Positions 9,745-19,713 of a DNA stretch of 64,000 nucleotides are shown one piece after another. The DNA is from a virus. Within the stretch, counting starts at the first letter, position 1. Every line of letters begins with the position of its first letter. The stretch lies in IMG/VR virus record IMGVR_UViG_3300040806_003461, positions 16,662 to 80,661 of that record; one strand, 5' to 3'. The notes below the pieces were generated by a model, which ran no database searches, was not told where the DNA came from, and saw only the letters and a list, made by a program, of their open reading frames with translations. Made by a program: the position numbers and the translations under genes.

Positions 9745-12687
9745 TTAACTCACCGTGATTGTATTTGACATGGAGCCGTGGAATTGGCAGTTATAATAAT
9801 AAGTACCTGCACTTCCGACAGTCCAATCAACTGGGCCTTCTTGCATTCCTTGACCGTCAACGCCGCTTGCCTGATTTCCAGTGCCTGTTCCTTGTACTGT
9901 CTTAATGTAAAAAGGATGGCCTGACGCACTTAAATTAAATCTTACTTTATCTCCTGCATTAAACGCAAGAGTAGGATTATCTGAGCCGCCGCTTACAGTT
10001 CCATTTCTATCTGTTCCTGACATTACATATCCTGCCGAGCCATTATTATTCACGGTGATTGTAAAGTCAGGTGCAAATGAACCTTGTGAACTTTGTGGAT
10101 CCATGTATTTTGTTTGTTGAATTTTAGTACGAGGAAATAGCATTCCACTTATTGGACGATATGACAAAGTTTTTAATGGATAGCTTTGTCCTTCGGTTTT
10201 TCTTTGATTAATCCAACGTAAATATTTATTAGGAGCACCCTGCAGACTATTTGTATCCATTGCATCATCTGCTTCGGTGTCTTGCATTTGATCTACTGAG
10301 GCATAGGTTGATAACCAAGTTTCAGCTTGAGCTTGATCCATGTTTGGCCACGATTCTGCAAGGATTGCAAGTACTCCTGCAACCTGTGGTCCTGACATAC
10401 TTGTACCTTGATACTTCCCAAGATCATAAGAACTGTTTCTTGCGTCGGTTACTCCGCCTGTATGTAAAGAACTTTGAATTGCTTCCCCTGCGGCAAAAAT
10501 ATCAACCTGACTGCCTACATTTGAAAATGGTGCTTTGTCTTCTTGCGTATCATTTGACGTGGCGCCTACGTTAATTACCGGTGCATAACCAGCGCCTGAT
10601 CCTGTACCACGATTTAGCCACCATGTAAATGGAGTACCGTTATAAGACATAAGAAAATCGTTATTATAATCTTGGTCTGAGCTGTTTACTGTTTTCCAAG
10701 ATGCGTTACCAGCTGATGCTACAATAATGATTCCATCATCAATTGCATCTTGCATGTCGGCTTGTCTTGATGTAAAATAATATGGGATACTCATAACACG
10801 ACTTGCAAGAGGACAATAAAAACCGCGTGCTTGTAATTCAGCTTGTGTTAATTCGCGCCCAGGATTAAAATCTGTTCCACGATAATTTACACGTGTTGGT
10901 ATACCTGTATCATAACCGTCTTGTGCTGCAGTTGCGCCTGCCTTAATTGTAGATCCATAACTGTTGTTTGTAATCGTTGGGTTGCGACGCCCAGTTGCTA
11001 CATTGATTGGTTTACTATTGTGCCACGCACGAATATAGTCCCACATAAGGCTGCTAGAAAGGCTATTTGGGTTTGTACTATATGGACTTATGTTGTAAAT
11101 ATTGGCGTCTCTAGCCCAGCCTTGAGTGTTTCCAGCAACGGTACCAGCACAATGGCAACCATGATTATTATCATCTTCATCAATTGAGTTTGTATATGAT
11201 CCACTGCGGTCATAAACGTAAGTTCCAGTTCCAGCGCCAACGTTGTTTTGAAACCAATTTATCTGCTTTATTCTTGAAGCACCGTTTGATGCTGGTGTAT
11301 AATATGAAGGACCGAGATCATTATCCCTAAAAATATCTCTTAAAACAGCAAAGTCTGGTTTACTTAACACTGGTTCAAAATATGATTTAAATAGGGCGTA
11401 CCCTTTCGGATTATTAGTTAACATTCCAGATGGAGTTTTTACTGAGTCAGACCATTCCGGTGACAGTGATCCGCCATCCCAAAAAGTACTCATATCCCAC
11501 ATTGACCAGTTAATCAAATACATATATTCTTTATAAGCTACCTCAGCTGCCTCATCCACTGTTGCCCAATCGGATGCATAACCAGACGGATCAAAAAATC
11601 CGCCATCAATAGCTTCTTTCATAGCAAGGTGCAATTCTGTTGTTTGCCAATTAACATTATTAGTTGCTAACCAATTCACAGCTGTTTCAGATCCCGGCAC
11701 CGCACCCATAATACCAAACAAATGTATTGTGTGCATAAGATGTTCTACAAGTTCTTCAATATCTCTATCACCAACCGATGGGCTTGGCCCGCTAATATTA
11801 GCATACCAAACCATATCGTTATGTACGTGGTTATCTAAAAAATCTACGTATCCTGCATACTGTGCAGCGCCTACATCTGTTAAAAAGTTTGGACTATATT
11901 CAGAACCACCACCGTATGCAATTCTTTGAACGGCAGGAAGTCCTGCGTGTATAGTTCCTGTAGCGCCTTGTAATGTTTTAATTAAATTGATTTGATGGTC
12001 TACATTAATAAGAGGATATGTTGGATCAATTAACAATGTTACCATTTTGGCAGTTTTTTCTGCCCACATATCAGGTACTGCGGTTTGACCTCCAACTGCG
12101 CCCGCAACAACCATCTTTAAACCACGAGCTGTTATTTGTCTATCAAATACTGCACCATTTGAACTATTATTTGCTAAAGACGTGTCAACATAATCTGAAA
12201 CAGTATTTGTCTGAGCAAACTCTGGGTGCGCAGGATCAATATGACCGTCTATTATTACAACGTCAACGTTTTTACCAGATGCTGTAATGGTTAAATCTGT
12301 TTGAACTAATGAGGTACCATTGCCACCCCAATTACTGCGATTTGTTTCTTCACTGTGGCGGAGCAAACCCCAGTTTAAATCATCAGGATCACTAGTCCAA
12401 CTTTTATCAAACTCACCGTTTGTAATTGTATAACCCATTGGGACAGTTGTCAAATCAACGAGTTCAGCAAGCTCAACATCCCATACTCTAGGATCAGATT
12501 TAACTAACATTGCTTCTTCTATCGTAAGCATATAATGTGTGTTACGAGAAATTGGGCGGCGATGAGCTACTTCCATGCGTCTATGAGGAATGGTGATTGC
12601 ACCACCTTCATTTTCCATATCATGGTAAAAATCGTCAAGGTCTTCTTTGTTATGAAGAGTGACAATCCATTCCTTAAGATCCGACAT
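9745..12687 (-). CDS. Subtilisin-like S8 serine protease with a large inserted domain and a C-terminal cupredoxin-like domain
   Basis: Catalytic triad motifs VVIIDGHID, HGCHCAGTVAG, GTSMSGPQVAG; oxyanion ASAGN; C-terminal GHPFYI...YYNCQFHGSM. Confidence 0.85.
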   Translation of the reverse strand: MSDLKEWIVTLHNKEDLDDFYHDMENEGGAITIPHRRMEVAHRRPISRNTHYMLTIEEAMLVKSDPRVWDVELAELVDLTTVPMGYTITNGEFDKSWTSDPDDLNWGLLRHSEETNRSNWGGNGTSLVQTDLTITASGKNVDVVIIDGHIDPAHPEFAQTNTVSDYVDTSLANNSSNGAVFDRQITARGLKMVVAGAVGGQTAVPDMWAEKTAKMVTLLIDPTYPLINVDHQINLIKTLQGATGTIHAGLPAVQRIAYGGGSEYSPNFLTDVGAAQYAGYVDFLDNHVHNDMVWYANISGPSPSVGDRDIEELVEHLMHTIHLFGIMGAVPGSETAVNWLATNNVNWQTTELHLAMKEAIDGGFFDPSGYASDWATVDEAAEVAYKEYMYLINWSMWDMSTFWDGGSLSPEWSDSVKTPSGMLTNNPKGYALFKSYFEPVLSKPDFAVLRDIFRDNDLGPSYYTPASNGASRIKQINWFQNNVGAGTGTYVYDRSGSYTNSIDEDDNNHGCHCAGTVAGNTQGWARDANIYNISPYSTNPNSLSSSLMWDYIRAWHNSKPINVATGRRNPTITNNSYGSTIKAGATAAQDGYDTGIPTRVNYRGTDFNPGRELTQAELQARGFYCPLASRVMSIPYYFTSRQADMQDAIDDGIIIVASAGNASWKTVNSSDQDYNNDFLMSYNGTPFTWWLNRGTGSGAGYAPVINVGATSNDTQEDKAPFSNVGSQVDIFAAGEAIQSSLHTGGVTDARNSSYDLGKYQGTSMSGPQVAGVLAILAESWPNMDQAQAETWLSTYASVDQMQDTEADDAMDTNSLQGAPNKYLRWINQRKTEGQSYPLKTLSYRPISGMLFPRTKIQQTKYMDPQSSQGSFAPDFTITVNNNGSAGYVMSGTDRNGTVSGGSDNPTLAFNAGDKVRFNLSASGHPFYIKTVQGTGTGNQASGVDGQGMQEGPVDWTVGSAGTYYYNCQFHGSMSNTITVS

Positions 12688-13416
12688 TTATGCCTCCAAT
12701 TGGATAACAGTAAGTGTTACTTCAACGGTTGCAGTTGAGCCTGATAAGTTAGTTACTCGACAAGGGATTGTAGTACCAGGCGTTCCTTCAAAGCTATAAC
12801 CGATTGTCCCTGGAGATATTTGAACGATACCTGCACCTGTTGTAATTACTTCAGCAATAACACCTGAACCTGGATCTGGGTCAGTTGCTTGAGTTCTTGA
12901 TGCGTCGGCAGATCTTGCAGATGCGTGTGTATAAACTCTAATCCAAGCCGCACGGTCAGTTTCAATTGCAAGAAGTGCATAACCTTTAAATGCGTTTGTG
13001 ATATTAAGATCAGCCGAAGCATCATCCGCAAGAGATGAAGTTGTGCCTACCTTTGTAGTACGAGAACTTAAACCGATACCACCACCGTCTTGAAAGGTAA
13101 TCCCACCACTTCCGTTCGTTGTAAGTACTTGACCAGTAGTTCCATCACTAATACCTAAATCTAAAATTGTGGACGGAACATCAGCAGGTGTAAATACAAA
13201 TGCGCCAGTGCTATCATTATAAGTAAGGTTGCCATTACCGCTTGCCGATCCAACAGTTAAACTTAAGTCTGTTGTAGAAATGCCGGTTAAAGAGTTGTTT
13301 GCCCAGTTCGAGTATAATTCATCGAAGTTGGAATTTGTCTTGACGAAAGCATTACGAAGTGTATCGCCTGTGCCGTCGTCAGGAACAGTACCCGTATTGA
13401 TTACTTGCTTTGCCAT
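12688..13416 (-). CDS. Baseplate/fibre connector with gp9/gp10-like N-terminal domain
   Basis: MAKQVINTGTVPDDGTGDTLRNAFVKTNSNFDELY; GQVLTTNGSG fibre repeat. Confidence 0.7.
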   Translation of the reverse strand: MAKQVINTGTVPDDGTGDTLRNAFVKTNSNFDELYSNWANNSLTGISTTDLSLTVGSASGNGNLTYNDSTGAFVFTPADVPSTILDLGISDGTTGQVLTTNGSGGITFQDGGGIGLSSRTTKVGTTSSLADDASADLNITNAFKGYALLAIETDRAAWIRVYTHASARSADASRTQATDPDPGSGVIAEVITTGAGIVQISPGTIGYSFEGTPGTTIPCRVTNLSGSTATVEVTLTVIQLEA

Positions 13417-13445
13417 TTTTGCTCCTGTCTTTTTCTATTATTTAT

Positions 13446-15788
13446 CTACGGCTCTGTAGTCATATCTACCGTCAATACCGTTACGTCCGCGGTGTAATCT
13501 TGACGGTCCGCTGTTAATCCACCGCCATCTCCGGGAACAACTTGATTTGGACCAACAATTGGTGCACCACCAACTTCTGTATCCAATTTAATAATCTGAT
13601 TAAACTTGTGAGAGATGCCTGCATCAACTGGTCCAAATGACATCTTTCTTTTGAATAAACTGTCGCCAAATAATTTTGTACCTGCAAGGTGAACAGTTCT
13701 TTTAAGAGGTTCTTCGTAAACAGCTTTAGAAATTGTACCTTTAATTTCGTATGAATATTCTTGATAATAATCGCTATCTTGAATCTTCATATTAGAATCA
13801 AAGTATTCAAAATTACCGCTTTCTTCTTCTGTCCAATATCCGTTTAGGTGTGAACTGTAACTTGCCCAGTAACCTGATGTGATACCTTGTGTATCAGCTT
13901 TTAAAGTAGCTCTTGCAACAATTAGACCATTATCATCGGTAAGATTTACAATCTCGCCATCCTGATACCCAAACCCTGACTCGTATACGTTTGCCGCTTT
14001 TATTCGGCCTGACGCAAAGATTGTTCTTGATTCTATTTCAGCAGATGTACCTAGTGTATCAGCGTCATAGTCTCGAGCAACATATTCAATTGCGTAGTCG
14101 CTTCCTTTATGATTAACTGGATTACCACGCTCAAACCCATAATAATTATAAGGTCTTACTTTAATAAATGATTCGGAGGCACTAATATCAGTAATAATAC
14201 CAGTTACAGTTGTGTTTGAATTAATGCCAGTATTCGCTTGAGATATTTCGTCGCCTCTTGACATTGCTGCTGAAACATCTTCAAGAACAATAACCTGTTC
14301 ATATCTATCAAACGCTGACATCTGATCGTCACGGGCAATTGTCCAAACATCGGTAACGTAATTTTCACCTGGGTTAACATTAACTAATGTTTCAATTGAA
14401 CCAATATCAAAAGGAGATAAGTTAAATGCTTCATCGAGTGGAGTTGCTAGCGTAATTGGATTGGTATTACCCGAGTTAGACATTGGCTTTAATGCAGGCG
14501 GAACGTCATTATAATTTGAAGAGTCAATATCCACCGCAAGAAAATCACTGATCTTATCAGTAATCAAAGATACCGCTTGAATGTTAGTAATTGTTACCTT
14601 AACATCATTATTTGCGCCTGTGTCTGGATACAAAGGACCAGGTGACGAATCATTCTTTTCTGTGATTGACGTAATAGGACCAGTGTTTCCTACCGCACCT
14701 GCTAATCCAACTCTTGGTCTTCCTGGTCGGTCAAGAGCATATAATTGTGGCAAAGGATCAGTAGTAAATTCGTGAGATGTATTAGCAAAGTGAATACCGA
14801 CCGCGAATGCAGACTGACCTGTTACAATACCAATATTAGTATTTCCTGTATCGGCGATGCGTTCTTCTAAAACAAAATCGAGGTCAGGGTTTGAAAGCAA
14901 AAGGTTTTGACTTGAAGCTTTTAGACGAGTTTCTTCAACGGTATAACCGAAGCCAGGATCCTTGATCGTATAAACAACTTGACCTGTAAACTCATCTTCA
15001 AGATCGGTAACAATTGCCTTACCGCCTTCGCCTTTACCAACAATGTTTAAAATTTCGCCAATTTTTCTTTCGGTCTCACCGCCATATCCTAAGTCAATTG
15101 TAAGTGCAGCTGCAGAACCATCAACGCGACCAAACGCAACTTCATTTCCTCGAATAGTTGTTTGTAAATCGTCATACTTAATAAAGTCACCTTTAACGTT
15201 TGAAATATAAACGATAGGTGTTAATGTACCATTTAATAAAACGAAATTGATTTTATCAACAGCGGCACGAGCTTCAGAAATACTACCACGGATGTTTTTA
15301 CCAATTAGGTCCGCATACGTAAACTTATTATCGTCAATATCATAAAATACATTATCATTTGGAAATAGTTGTAAATAAACGCCTTTACGCCAATCGGAAT
15401 CGGAAGGCTTAAACATTTGTGATGCAGGATATCTAATTTCAACATCTTCTTTATAGAACATACGGAAGAATAAAAGAATACCACCAGGTGTACCTTTACG
15501 GCGGTATAGATCCATAATGTTTTTAACAACAAAACGAACATCAGATTCTTCCAATAAAGGCAGTTCAGCCATAAACATTTTATGGAATTGTAAGATAAGC
15601 TCAGAAAGAGTTGTAGATACGTCTCGATACTCGAATAATCTTCGAGAATTATAATGCGACATATTTGTTTCTTCTTCAAGGAATCTATAATATTCCTCTA
15701 CAAAATCAACGAGTTCCTGCCCATACTCTCGATAGAGTCCAGGAAATTGGTCTCGGATTTTGAATGCTATGAGCTTTTCTACTTGCAT
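13446..15788 (-). CDS. gp7: Baseplate wedge initiator gp7-like
   Basis: LYRRKGT...FFRMFY; KIQDSDYYQEYSYEIK; VHLAGTKLFG; follows gp6. Confidence 0.7.
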   Translation of the reverse strand: MQVEKLIAFKIRDQFPGLYREYGQELVDFVEEYYRFLEEETNMSHYNSRRLFEYRDVSTTLSELILQFHKMFMAELPLLEESDVRFVVKNIMDLYRRKGTPGGILLFFRMFYKEDVEIRYPASQMFKPSDSDWRKGVYLQLFPNDNVFYDIDDNKFTYADLIGKNIRGSISEARAAVDKINFVLLNGTLTPIVYISNVKGDFIKYDDLQTTIRGNEVAFGRVDGSAAALTIDLGYGGETERKIGEILNIVGKGEGGKAIVTDLEDEFTGQVVYTIKDPGFGYTVEETRLKASSQNLLLSNPDLDFVLEERIADTGNTNIGIVTGQSAFAVGIHFANTSHEFTTDPLPQLYALDRPGRPRVGLAGAVGNTGPITSITEKNDSSPGPLYPDTGANNDVKVTITNIQAVSLITDKISDFLAVDIDSSNYNDVPPALKPMSNSGNTNPITLATPLDEAFNLSPFDIGSIETLVNVNPGENYVTDVWTIARDDQMSAFDRYEQVIVLEDVSAAMSRGDEISQANTGINSNTTVTGIITDISASESFIKVRPYNYYGFERGNPVNHKGSDYAIEYVARDYDADTLGTSAEIESRTIFASGRIKAANVYESGFGYQDGEIVNLTDDNGLIVARATLKADTQGITSGYWASYSSHLNGYWTEEESGNFEYFDSNMKIQDSDYYQEYSYEIKGTISKAVYEEPLKRTVHLAGTKLFGDSLFKRKMSFGPVDAGISHKFNQIIKLDTEVGGAPIVGPNQVVPGDGGGLTADRQDYTADVTVLTVDMTTEP

Positions 15789-17584
15789 TACTTGATCTCA
15801 ATCATTTTAACAGTTACATCGTCGTCGCGGACATAAAAGATACGGCCTTTAGGCGCTCTAATATCGTCAGCACTTGTTCTTGCAATAATTTTAATTTCAG
15901 AACCTTCATAAGAATCTACAATAAAGTCAGTTAATTTAACTTCGCCTGTTTCGTAATTTACTGTACCAACTTTTGGTTTAACAATCTGTGGGTTTGCCTG
16001 GTTACTTGTAACTGACATAAGATTGCCTAAGCCGTCATCTTGTAAAAAGATTTCTTGTGCGTTACTTGTAAATGTACCAGATTTAATTGCTGGTTTATAT
16101 CCTTCAAAACCATTTGCAGATCTAAATGGATATGGCTTAGCAAGTTTTGCTCCAAACTTAAATGTTGGGTTTAGTTTAATACCCGATGCTGGCGAGTATG
16201 GAATATATGGGAATGCACAAACACTGTTTGAAAGAATCGCAACATCCTTTATATCAATTGCCGACGCAATGTTTGAAACTCGAAGTGTTTTATTAAAATC
16301 ATCAAGATTATCAACCGAATATTTCTGAATAACTTGTCTAATAATTGATTCTAATTGAGCAGGGCTTTTTGTAGATTGTGCTGCACTATAATAAGCATCA
16401 ACTTCAATATTTGCATATAAGAACTCAGATTCAATAAAGATCGGTTCAACAGCAAGTGGAGATTTCTCTCTTAAATAATCAATGTATGATGCTGCAAGCG
16501 ACGCCGATAAAATTTCTGTTTCTTGTCCAAGATAAACCGAAATCGCAACCTTACCAAATTGTGGCGGATCTAATTCATCACCACCGTATGCTGACACTGA
16601 AAGAATTTCAGGAAACTTTTGTTTTAAAAGATTTTCATAATCTGTTTCTGTAACTGCACGTTCTTGAATTTGTAATGCTCTTGGCGCGTTGAAGCGAATG
16701 CTTTCAACCGATTCCTCGTCAGCACCACCTGTTGCTCGTGCGATTGTTGTAACCGTTGTCGTCCCTGTTGTTGTAAGAGAAATACTAAACTTATTAATGC
16801 CGTTTGCTTCTGCGCCTGATGTAATGCGATACTTAACTCGAACGTCTTCAATCTCGGTTGGCTGCAATCCAAAAATGTTTTTACCAAAATAAACAGTATA
16901 ACGACCATCGTAATATGGTTCAACATAAAATACTTTATCGGTTGGACCAACACCAAAGATTGTGTCTTTACGAACAAATACGTTTCTATCTTCGGTCGCT
17001 TCTGCATCAACAAAACATTCAATAGAATCAGTATCAGCATTTTCGTTTGTTAAAATAACACGAAGAATACCGTCATCGTCAACAAAGAATCCTTCACGTT
17101 CAAAACTTGTTAGCATTTGGCCTTCATATAACGTAATGTTTTCGGATTCAAATGTACCTACGCCTGTCTTACGAAGAACGTGAGCTTTATTTGTAACAAA
17201 GGTAAAGTTCTGACCTTGAAAAGATGCGGCAAACTCTGCGTACTGAGGAATTGTAATTGTTTGACCACTAGTGATTGACGTATCTACAACTTTTACTTTA
17301 ACAATTGCACGGGCAGAACGACGAGAACGAGGGAGATAATTTAATTCTTTTGCGTGCGAAATAACACTATTACGTAAGAGTGCAGAATCAATAAACATTT
17401 CGTTTATTGCCATATTTGTATAGAAGTTATTTTGGAACGTGTTATAAGATAGCACATCTAACAGCACATTCATGTTTGAACCTTCAAAGTCGTAGTCTTT
17501 GAATTTTGTTTGGGTTTTCATATAGTTTTTGAGCTGATTCTTTATCGTCTCAAAATCTAATTCAGTAATAGCCAGCTTAGCCAT
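15788..17584 (-). CDS. gp6: Baseplate wedge subunit gp6
   Basis: ELDFETIKNQLK, DYDFEGSNMNVLLDVLSYNT, QERAVTETDY, GTVNYETG. Confidence 0.95.
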   Translation of the reverse strand: MAKLAITELDFETIKNQLKNYMKTQTKFKDYDFEGSNMNVLLDVLSYNTFQNNFYTNMAINEMFIDSALLRNSVISHAKELNYLPRSRRSARAIVKVKVVDTSITSGQTITIPQYAEFAASFQGQNFTFVTNKAHVLRKTGVGTFESENITLYEGQMLTSFEREGFFVDDDGILRVILTNENADTDSIECFVDAEATEDRNVFVRKDTIFGVGPTDKVFYVEPYYDGRYTVYFGKNIFGLQPTEIEDVRVKYRITSGAEANGINKFSISLTTTGTTTVTTIARATGGADEESVESIRFNAPRALQIQERAVTETDYENLLKQKFPEILSVSAYGGDELDPPQFGKVAISVYLGQETEILSASLAASYIDYLREKSPLAVEPIFIESEFLYANIEVDAYYSAAQSTKSPAQLESIIRQVIQKYSVDNLDDFNKTLRVSNIASAIDIKDVAILSNSVCAFPYIPYSPASGIKLNPTFKFGAKLAKPYPFRSANGFEGYKPAIKSGTFTSNAQEIFLQDDGLGNLMSVTSNQANPQIVKPKVGTVNYETGEVKLTDFIVDSYEGSEIKIIARTSADDIRAPKGRIFYVRDDDVTVKMIEIK

Positions 17585-18001
17585 TTATCTCGTCCTCTCT
17601 AAGAATACGTCTAATTCTACCGGTTGCTCTTGGTTCTTAACAAAAAACTTTACAGTAACTTTGATCGCGTTATCATTTAAGTTACCATTTACAATTACGT
17701 CTATAATTTCAGCACGCGGCTCGTATATTTCTATTGTTGTTCTTATTTGCTCTTCAATTAATTTTAAACCGGCAGGAGTCATATTTTCAAATAATGCTGC
17801 GCGAATATTACCGCCAAGGTTTGGTTGCATTAATCTTTCGCCACGATCGGTTAAGACAAGATTCTTTAATGATTCTTTAACGGCATCTTCATTTTTAAAT
17901 AACGCCAAATCATTTGATAAAGGACTTACGCTTAAATCCTTTTTAAAATCTGAATAGATTTCAATCTTTTTAGTTTTGGCTGTGACTAATGAAACTGTCA
18001 T
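17585..18001 (-). CDS. gp25: Baseplate wedge subunit gp25
   Basis: AVKESLKNLVLTDRGERLMQPNLG, YEPRAEI. Confidence 0.92.
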   Translation of the reverse strand: MTVSLVTAKTKKIEIYSDFKKDLSVSPLSNDLALFKNEDAVKESLKNLVLTDRGERLMQPNLGGNIRAALFENMTPAGLKLIEEQIRTTIEIYEPRAEIIDVIVNGNLNDNAIKVTVKFFVKNQEQPVELDVFLERTR

Positions 18002-19713
18002 CTATTACGTCTCCAACTTTCGTATGTGCTGCGAGTTGATCGTGGCCAAGTTACAAACACGCCTTTTGGTCTTTTGCTTTCATATCCTGCAATAATGCCA
18101 CCTATGTCAACGTGAACAAATCCTTTATTAGGATAAAATCCTGCGGCGTGCCAACCTGCTTCTCTCGCCATTTCCACAAATTCAAATTGTCGCTGTAAAC
18201 TACCAGAACCGCTAAATGTTACGTCAAACGCAACACCTTTCATATGTAATGATTTTGATTTGCCCCCAACGCTTTTGTTATATTTTGGGCTACGATAGGC
18301 ACTAATGATTGTTAACGTGGATCCCCACGATTCTGCCAATCTCATTAATTTAACTTTTGCCTGCATAGGTACGTACCGATCTGACCAAGCATCTCTGCCC
18401 ATTTTTGTTGCAATGTTTGAACCAGGATTGATATAAAGGTTATTTACTGGCCCAGCTAATAATTGTTCCCACGTAGGTATACCATCAATTTCTTGATTTG
18501 TCAATGGCTCAGTTTCAATAACTGTTGGCGGACCACCGTTATTATCTGATTCAGTTGACGAATCGCGCGAAGCTTGCCTACAACGCTCCGCCATATTATT
18601 TATCCCTTCTTTACGGGCTTCATCCGAAACACGATTTGCACCAGCTTTAACAGCTTCTGCCGTTGCTTGTGCCGATGCCTTTTTTGTTTGTTCCGCAGAA
18701 TCTTTAAAGTTATCCATGATTTGCTGAAGGCGTTCTTTAACTCCGTCAATTAGACCTTCAACACTAACTGCAAATCCACACATACGATATACTAAAAGTT
18801 CAACAGCTTTAAGCGATGGGTTGGCAAAACGCTCAACCGCATAGTCAATTAATCCTTCTACCTTTTTCAAAAAAGTATCTCGATTTTCATCGTTAAGAAT
18901 TTCTTTAACTCTATCAATTTCAGCTCTGATCTTTTGTCTAACCGAATCACTAATTTCTTTTACTCGGGTTTCAAGATCGGAAATCAAAGTATCAAGTGAA
19001 AAGTTTTCAACCGCGTCAACAACCGTGCGCCATTTTTCTTTAATAGCGTCAACAATCTTTTTCTTAATTGCTTCAATCAATGCCTTAACTTTAATCTTTT
19101 CAAATGCCGCCTTTGCGAGATCTTTTAGATTTTTTAATTTATTAATTGCCGCTAACGCCGAACTAATCAGATCGCCGATTTTACCTATCATATCAAACAA
19201 CGCCATAGCAACGCCATAAATGCTTCCTATTGCGCCACAAAAGCCACCCATAATACTATCAATCCAACTACCGTTGTAAAAATCATTTAGGTTTCGTAAT
19301 AATTTTTGACGGTCAGAATTTTGTGCTTGTCCAATTGATGTTGGATTATACAAATAATCTTCCATGAATTGCGCGCACTCAATACCTGTAATTGGTTTAC
19401 CTAATAATAAACGGTCATTTAATTTTGGATAAGATTCCGTAAATTGACCACGAAGAAAGGTATTTAAATTATTAGTCAAATCGTTTACAACTGTATTCCC
19501 ATATCTTCTTATAAGAACTTCATACGAATTAGTGTCTAAATTTTCAACAAGACTTGCTGCGTATTGTTCCTCCAAAAATGGAATAGAATCAATTGTAAAA
19601 CTACCGTTCTGATCTGTGAGGACCAATTGCGATGCCGCAGAAACAGTAGTAATATTTCTTTCAATATTTGAACTGTTATCAATATCGCATGGATTGCATT
19701 CGTTCTTACTCAA
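17998..19713 (-). CDS. Coiled-coil protein with C-terminal peptidase M15A (Zn D-Ala-D-Ala peptidase), likely virion-associated lysin
   Basis: ISAYRSPKYN...SLHMKGVAFD...FVHVDI; lies between gp5 and gp25. Confidence 0.8.
   Translation of the reverse strand: MSKNECNPCDIDNSSNIERNITTVSAASQLVLTDQNGSFTIDSIPFLEEQYAASLVENLDTNSYEVLIRRYGNTVVNDLTNNLNTFLRGQFTESYPKLNDRLLLGKPITGIECAQFMEDYLYNPTSIGQAQNSDRQKLLRNLNDFYNGSWIDSIMGGFCGAIGSIYGVAMALFDMIGKIGDLISSALAAINKLKNLKDLAKAAFEKIKVKALIEAIKKKIVDAIKEKWRTVVDAVENFSLDTLISDLETRVKEISDSVRQKIRAEIDRVKEILNDENRDTFLKKVEGLIDYAVERFANPSLKAVELLVYRMCGFAVSVEGLIDGVKERLQQIMDNFKDSAEQTKKASAQATAEAVKAGANRVSDEARKEGINNMAERCRQASRDSSTESDNNGGPPTVIETEPLTNQEIDGIPTWEQLLAGPVNNLYINPGSNIATKMGRDAWSDRYVPMQAKVKLMRLAESWGSTLTIISAYRSPKYNKSVGGKSKSLHMKGVAFDVTFSGSGSLQRQFEFVEMAREAGWHAAGFYPNKGFVHVDIGGIIAGYESKRPKGVFVTWPRSTRSTYESWRRNR

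Noticed and set aside
11284-12210. Possible intein in the S8 protease
   Set aside because: No N-terminal Cys/Ser block A, no C-terminal His-Asn, no LAGLIDADG motifs; treated as an inserted domain
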